DNA of 64,000 bases from positions 930,001 to 994,000 of the forward strand of contig OZ025648.1 in the NCBI GenBank assembly GCA_964019335.1, read 5' to 3'. Under the pieces are notes generated by a model, which was not told where the DNA came from, did no database searches, and saw nothing but the letters and a program-made list of their open reading frames with translations. Made by a program: the position numbers and the translations under genes. Numbering within the stretch: position 1 is the stretch's first letter; every line of letters begins with the position of its first letter. The DNA is from Diplonema japonicum (lineage: Eukaryota > Protista > Euglenozoa: Diplonemea). Shown here piece by piece: positions 59,832 to 64,000 of the stretch.

Positions 59832-60357
59832 ATGCTTCCAGGTGCTGGTGATGATAATGAGAGTCTATGCCCCTCTCTTACTTTTAAACAGAGGTGTGGG
59901 GGAAAAAAAAAAGAAAAAAGAAAACTACTAATCACAGAATAATTGGGTTCGCCTCTTGTGTGGCATTCGGGTTTTTGATGTCAATTTTTTCGTGGCTGGC
60001 GATGTTCAATAGGGTAATGACAACAACAAAAAAAATCAAACCCCCCAACAGGACTTCGTGCAATTTGGTATTTTCGCATCTCTGGCAAATATAATCTCCT
60101 TGGCTGGAAGTTGTTTCCTCATGGGGCCCAAGAAACAGGTTAGGAAAATGTTTGAAGACAAAAGGCTGGAAGCCACCGTTATCCTCCTCGTCTCCATGAT
60201 ATGGACCCTCATTGCAGCCTTCTGGCTAGAGAGCCCTGCTGTCGTAATCATCATGTGCATCACCCAGTACCTTGCCCTTGTGTGGTACGGCCTTTCATAC
60301 ATCCCCTTCGCACGAGACATAGTGAAGAAGTGCTTCAAGAACCTCATCGGCGCATAG
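59832..60357 (+). CDS. SFT2: SFT2/Got1-family vesicle transport protein (exons 59832-59893, 59938-60013, 60052-60357)
   Basis: Spliced CPSLTFKQR|IIGFASC...FLMGPKKQVRKMFEDKRLEAT...WYGLSYIPFARD matches the SFT2D pattern; introns 59894-59937 and 60014-60051. Confidence 0.92.
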
Positions 60358-60540
60358 GATAGAGGTGATATATAGTGTAATAGAAGTTCTCTCTTTTTTT
60401 TTTTTTTTTTTTTCTTTATTTTATTTTATTTTATCTTTCCTCTTTTTTTTTTTTTCTTATGTCTGTTTCGCCCTTTCCATTTTCAAAGTACAAATTAAAA
60501 AAAAAAAAAAAAAACACCACAGGATGCCTCTTTCTTAACA

Positions 60541-61575
60541 ATGAGCCACATTGATGTACATGTGGAAAAGCCACCAGGCATGGACCTGGGCATTGACCTC
60601 CTGTCCATGCACGTGTATAAATTTACAGAAGATGGGGCGATCAGAAAATTCGCAGAGGAAAAAGACTTGAAGGGAAAGGAACTGTACAGCATCGACGGGG
60701 TGCGGGTGCATGGTGTGGAGGACACAGCTAAGGCGTTGATGGGAAAGACAAAGATGACTCTACGGTTCATCCCAAGTAGAATACCCAAAGAGTACCAATC
60801 CTTGAGGATACTAATGGACAAGGAGGTAGCAGGCACCGCAAAACTGGCGGAAATCTACAAAAGAAAAGACGAGCCCCTCGGGCTACAAGTAGACGATAAT
60901 TTAATAGTAATTGGTGTTGTAAGAGGCAGCCCGGCTGACCGTATTATGAAACAGTACGTCAAAGAATATAAGGTGATTGCCATTAACTCGGAGCTAGTAA
61001 AGAGAAAAAGTGATATGTTAATGGAAATCAGAAAAGCAGAGAGGACTGTTCAACAGCCTTTGAGGGTGTGGGTTGAACGATTCTACAGCACGGAGGAGGT
61101 TAACAACATGACGAAGAGGAAAAAAAATAATTCAAATCCATCAGTTGTCGTCCGGCAGCCGATGAGACCTGCCCTTCAAGTACCGAGAGTGAGCTCTATT
61201 GAGAAGTTAGGAGACTATCGGTTCCCTCTTTCCACGTCGTTGGGGACAACTACAACAACACCTAGATCGACGAATAGGAGTTATATTAGGTTGGGGACGA
61301 AGAGTCCGCCCCCTCCACCCCCCCCTCATTATGGGTCCCCGCGTGTGAAGAAGAAAGCGCTTTCTTCAACACAAGTTACGGTAACGCCTTGGGTTCCTGC
61401 TCCAATTCGAAGCAAGGACTTCAATCATTTCCGTCCTATGGTGGACTTGGTCAAAACGACGCGGAGCGGAGAAGACGGAGTGCACGACGCGTGCAATCTC
61501 ACTCTGCGGGAGGAGAACTTGGAGAAGCTCAACAGCGACCTTCATAAGAGGTTCGCAAAGTTGTTGGAAGACTAA
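60541..61575 (+). CDS. Protein with two PDZ-like domains
   Basis: EKPPGMDLGIDL...LYSIDGVRV and KRKDEPLGLQV...IVIGVVRGSPADR...VIAINSELV. Confidence 0.75.
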   Translation: MSHIDVHVEKPPGMDLGIDLLSMHVYKFTEDGAIRKFAEEKDLKGKELYSIDGVRVHGVEDTAKALMGKTKMTLRFIPSRIPKEYQSLRILMDKEVAGTAKLAEIYKRKDEPLGLQVDDNLIVIGVVRGSPADRIMKQYVKEYKVIAINSELVKRKSDMLMEIRKAERTVQQPLRVWVERFYSTEEVNNMTKRKKNNSNPSVVVRQPMRPALQVPRVSSIEKLGDYRFPLSTSLGTTTTTPRSTNRSYIRLGTKSPPPPPPPHYGSPRVKKKALSSTQVTVTPWVPAPIRSKDFNHFRPMVDLVKTTRSGEDGVHDACNLTLREENLEKLNSDLHKRFAKLLED

Positions 61576-61771
61576 GAGAAATCAAACAATTTAGAAGAAA
61601 AAAAAAAAAAAAAAGGCCCTTAGGACACCCTTAACACTCGTATATCTAAAACCCCGTTTGGCACAGACTTTCCTGAAATAACTCGCTTAAGGGGAGTGTC
61701 GTTACGCACTTAGACCCGGTCAAAGATCTTGCTGCCTCATCAAAAAAAAAAAGGGGAAGGGAAGGCTGTTT

Positions 61772-61810
<39 letters not shown>

Positions 61811-62406
61811 CCCGTGTCGGCGATCGAGCTGGCGATTGACTTCGAATGCTAAAGAAGACGTTGGGGGTCAACGTCAACACGACGATTGACATCGACAAGC
61901 GGTGAGGATCAAGCGGATCCTGGATACGCTGCAAGCGACATGGATGAGGGAGAAGAAGAGACGCGCTTTTCCGGCGCAGTCATGCAAGAACGTGAGATCA
62001 CTACGATCCATTGGCCGCGACCACGTCGTTGGCTTTGATAGGAGGGCCCTGTTTGCATCGGGGCTGACGGCGACCAAGCTGAAAGGACTGAGAGAAGATT
62101 ACCGGAAAGAAAGGATTGGAAGATATAAACGACAGCTAGGCACTACGGTGGGTAGCAGGGAACGACCCCAAAAGGGGAGCATCATAAGGTAGGCACGCCG
62201 CCGCGGCGGGCCGTTGCTAACCACTTCGTTCCTATCATAGTGAATTTTTTTTTTTTTTTTTGGAAAAAAAGTAGCAATTTTCGGGAGTGTTAAACAGGTT
62301 TTAGAGATACGAGGCGTTAGTTTTTTCTTCCCGAGGAATTTTTTAGACGTAATAAAAAAAAAAAAAAAAAAGAATGTGCGTGAATTCCTATTTTTTTTTT
62401 TATATA

Positions 62407-64000
62407 CTGTAAAACGAAAAACTCCCGGACGGAAAAATGTCCGAGTTTTTTTGGCGTCCGGGAATTTTTCCGTCCGGGAGTTTTTCCGTCCGGGAATTTT
62501 TTTTAGGTAAGGCCGTCAGGGGGCCTGGTTCACTACCACCTACATACTGGCCTGGGCTGCAAACGGCAACCGCGCGAAGAAACCCCCAGGGTTCCCTTTC
62601 TGCATCTTTGTCCTCCCTTGCTGCCCCTGAGGCAATCAGCTTGTCGAGCCTTCGTGTGGCCTACTACCTTTCTTAATAGATGCTTTACAGCTGCGTTCAA
62701 CCCAATATCCATCGGTTGAACCATGTAGGTGAGCCCAGGGGGACAAAAGCAATGTGCACGTTTGCGCCTGCGAACCACTCTACGAACCCATAGGCATAGG
62801 TCGTATGAGAGTTGTGGTCGCCGACAAGCAGCAGAATCGGCCCGTTCGGCAAAACCATGGGAATCGATGATTTATAGCAAAAAGGAAGAAACAGCTCCGT
62901 AACCCAGATACCGAGTATCATAATTAGCCCAATGATTGGGCGATGCCGTTAGGCTCCATTCGGTGGGCGGGTGCTTGACCGGGGCACGGATAATCCCTGC
63001 CGGTTGCGTTTCCGCTTTGCCTTTGTATTTAACCATCCAGCCAAGGAAACAGCCAGCTGTTCGGTTATAGCCCGTTTTGTCCCCCAAGCCACGGACTTTT
63101 ACGACCTTAGCACCCCCTTTTTTTTGTTTTGGTTTTTAACCCCGTATTCCAGACACCAATTCCGGCCTTACTTTATGGGTGTCGATTATGGACCTGAATT
63201 CCATGGTGAAACAGCGTGCCTTCTCGTTGTCCTTCTCGTTTCCGGGCTTTCCGGAGGTGGCTTGCGGCTTTTGTCTTTCTTGCTGCAAAATTTTGTCAGC
63301 CTAGCCAGTGGAAAAGGACAGTGCCCCACCAAAGTCTACCAGTCTGTCTTTCGGGCTGGATTGGCGCACAGCAGCCCTTCTGCATAGGTGCATATTTGTT
63401 GTGCTGGGATAGGCTCACCAAGCCCGTTTACCTATCGACTCAAGCAAAAACCTTTCAGCCCCCGAAGGATGCTAAATCCCGTATTGGGCGATACGCAGCT
63501 ATCACGGCGTCGCGGCGGCCAGGGTGTGGTTGGGTGGAATAGCAACGTCCAGTATTTCCGTCTGGAAGAAACCGGGGGCTCTGTTGAACCTGTTGCTGCC
63601 GTCTTCTGACCGAGGCAGAGGCCGCCAAGCTGCTTTCGGGGGTTTGTACTGGCCCGGTGTAAGGAGTTTATCTCCTCCACCTCTCGGGGGTGAGCTGGCC
63701 GGGGGTGTCAGCACCAAAGTTGGGCCCCTCACAAGCCAGCTGCTCAACGTGCCATGGGTAGTCGAACTGGTCAATTTGACGAAAGAAGTACGGGTTTATG
63801 AGAAGTTAAAGATCCCGTGGGTGCTGTTTGTTGGTGCATTGAAAGGGGAAGAAAAATTCAAACTGCCACGCAGGGTGACATTTTGGCTCTGCACAAGGAA
63901 TAAAGCCCTTCCAGGCAAACGTGGTGGGAGCTGCTACCCCCCTTAAGTAAAAAAACTTCTTCCCAGAAAAACTCCCGGACGGAAAAATGTCCGGGTTTTT
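62407..64000 (-). mobile_element. Pogo/Tigger-like (Tc1-mariner, DDE_1) transposon relic, cut by window end
   Basis: Minus-strand broken frames PILLLVGDHNSH, PPGLTYMVQPMDIGLNAAVK and KYKGK...HW. Terminus TA|CTGTAAAACG. The motif aaaaactcccggacggaaaaatgtccg occurs at both about 62417 and about 63967. Confidence 0.8.

Noticed and set aside
61840-62192. Broken frame LRMLKKTLGV...RIKRILDTL, perhaps a non-LTR retrotransposon tail
   Set aside because: No diagnostic RT or endonuclease motif.

Overview
This is eukaryotic nuclear DNA, most likely euglenozoan and probably a diplonemid. That call is an inference from a euglenozoan-type beta-tubulin ending in ...EQY, MLR/MFR-type mitochondrial presequences, and about 35 host protein-coding genes all on the + strand across 64 kb, as in polycistronic directional clusters. 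Unlike trypanosomatids, many genes carry cis-introns. I reconstructed 20 GT-AG introns by hand; 18 are 38-77 nt, most start GTATG, and most have A- or A/C-rich sequence (sometimes pure poly(A)) rather than a polypyrimidine tract before the AG. Recognisable genes: beta-tubulin, a fatty-acid desaturase (cut by a 200-N gap), a DnaJ protein, a PQ-loop transporter, an Alba protein, an RMDN-like TPR protein, an SLC10/BASS symporter, a GNL3/Nug1-like GTPase, a HAD hydrolase, a DHHC palmitoyltransferase, ankyrin, LRR and PDZ proteins, a ZNG1/CobW GTPase, a WW + FCP/SCP phosphatase and SFT2. Also present: a tRNA-Val(CAC) with C33, four DNA-transposon relics (a MULE inside an intron, a TIR element with a 6-bp TSD, a hAT fragment and a pogo-like element), and an exact 229-bp duplication carrying a 64-codon ORF. 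All splice models are manual and homopolymer lengths may be inexact.
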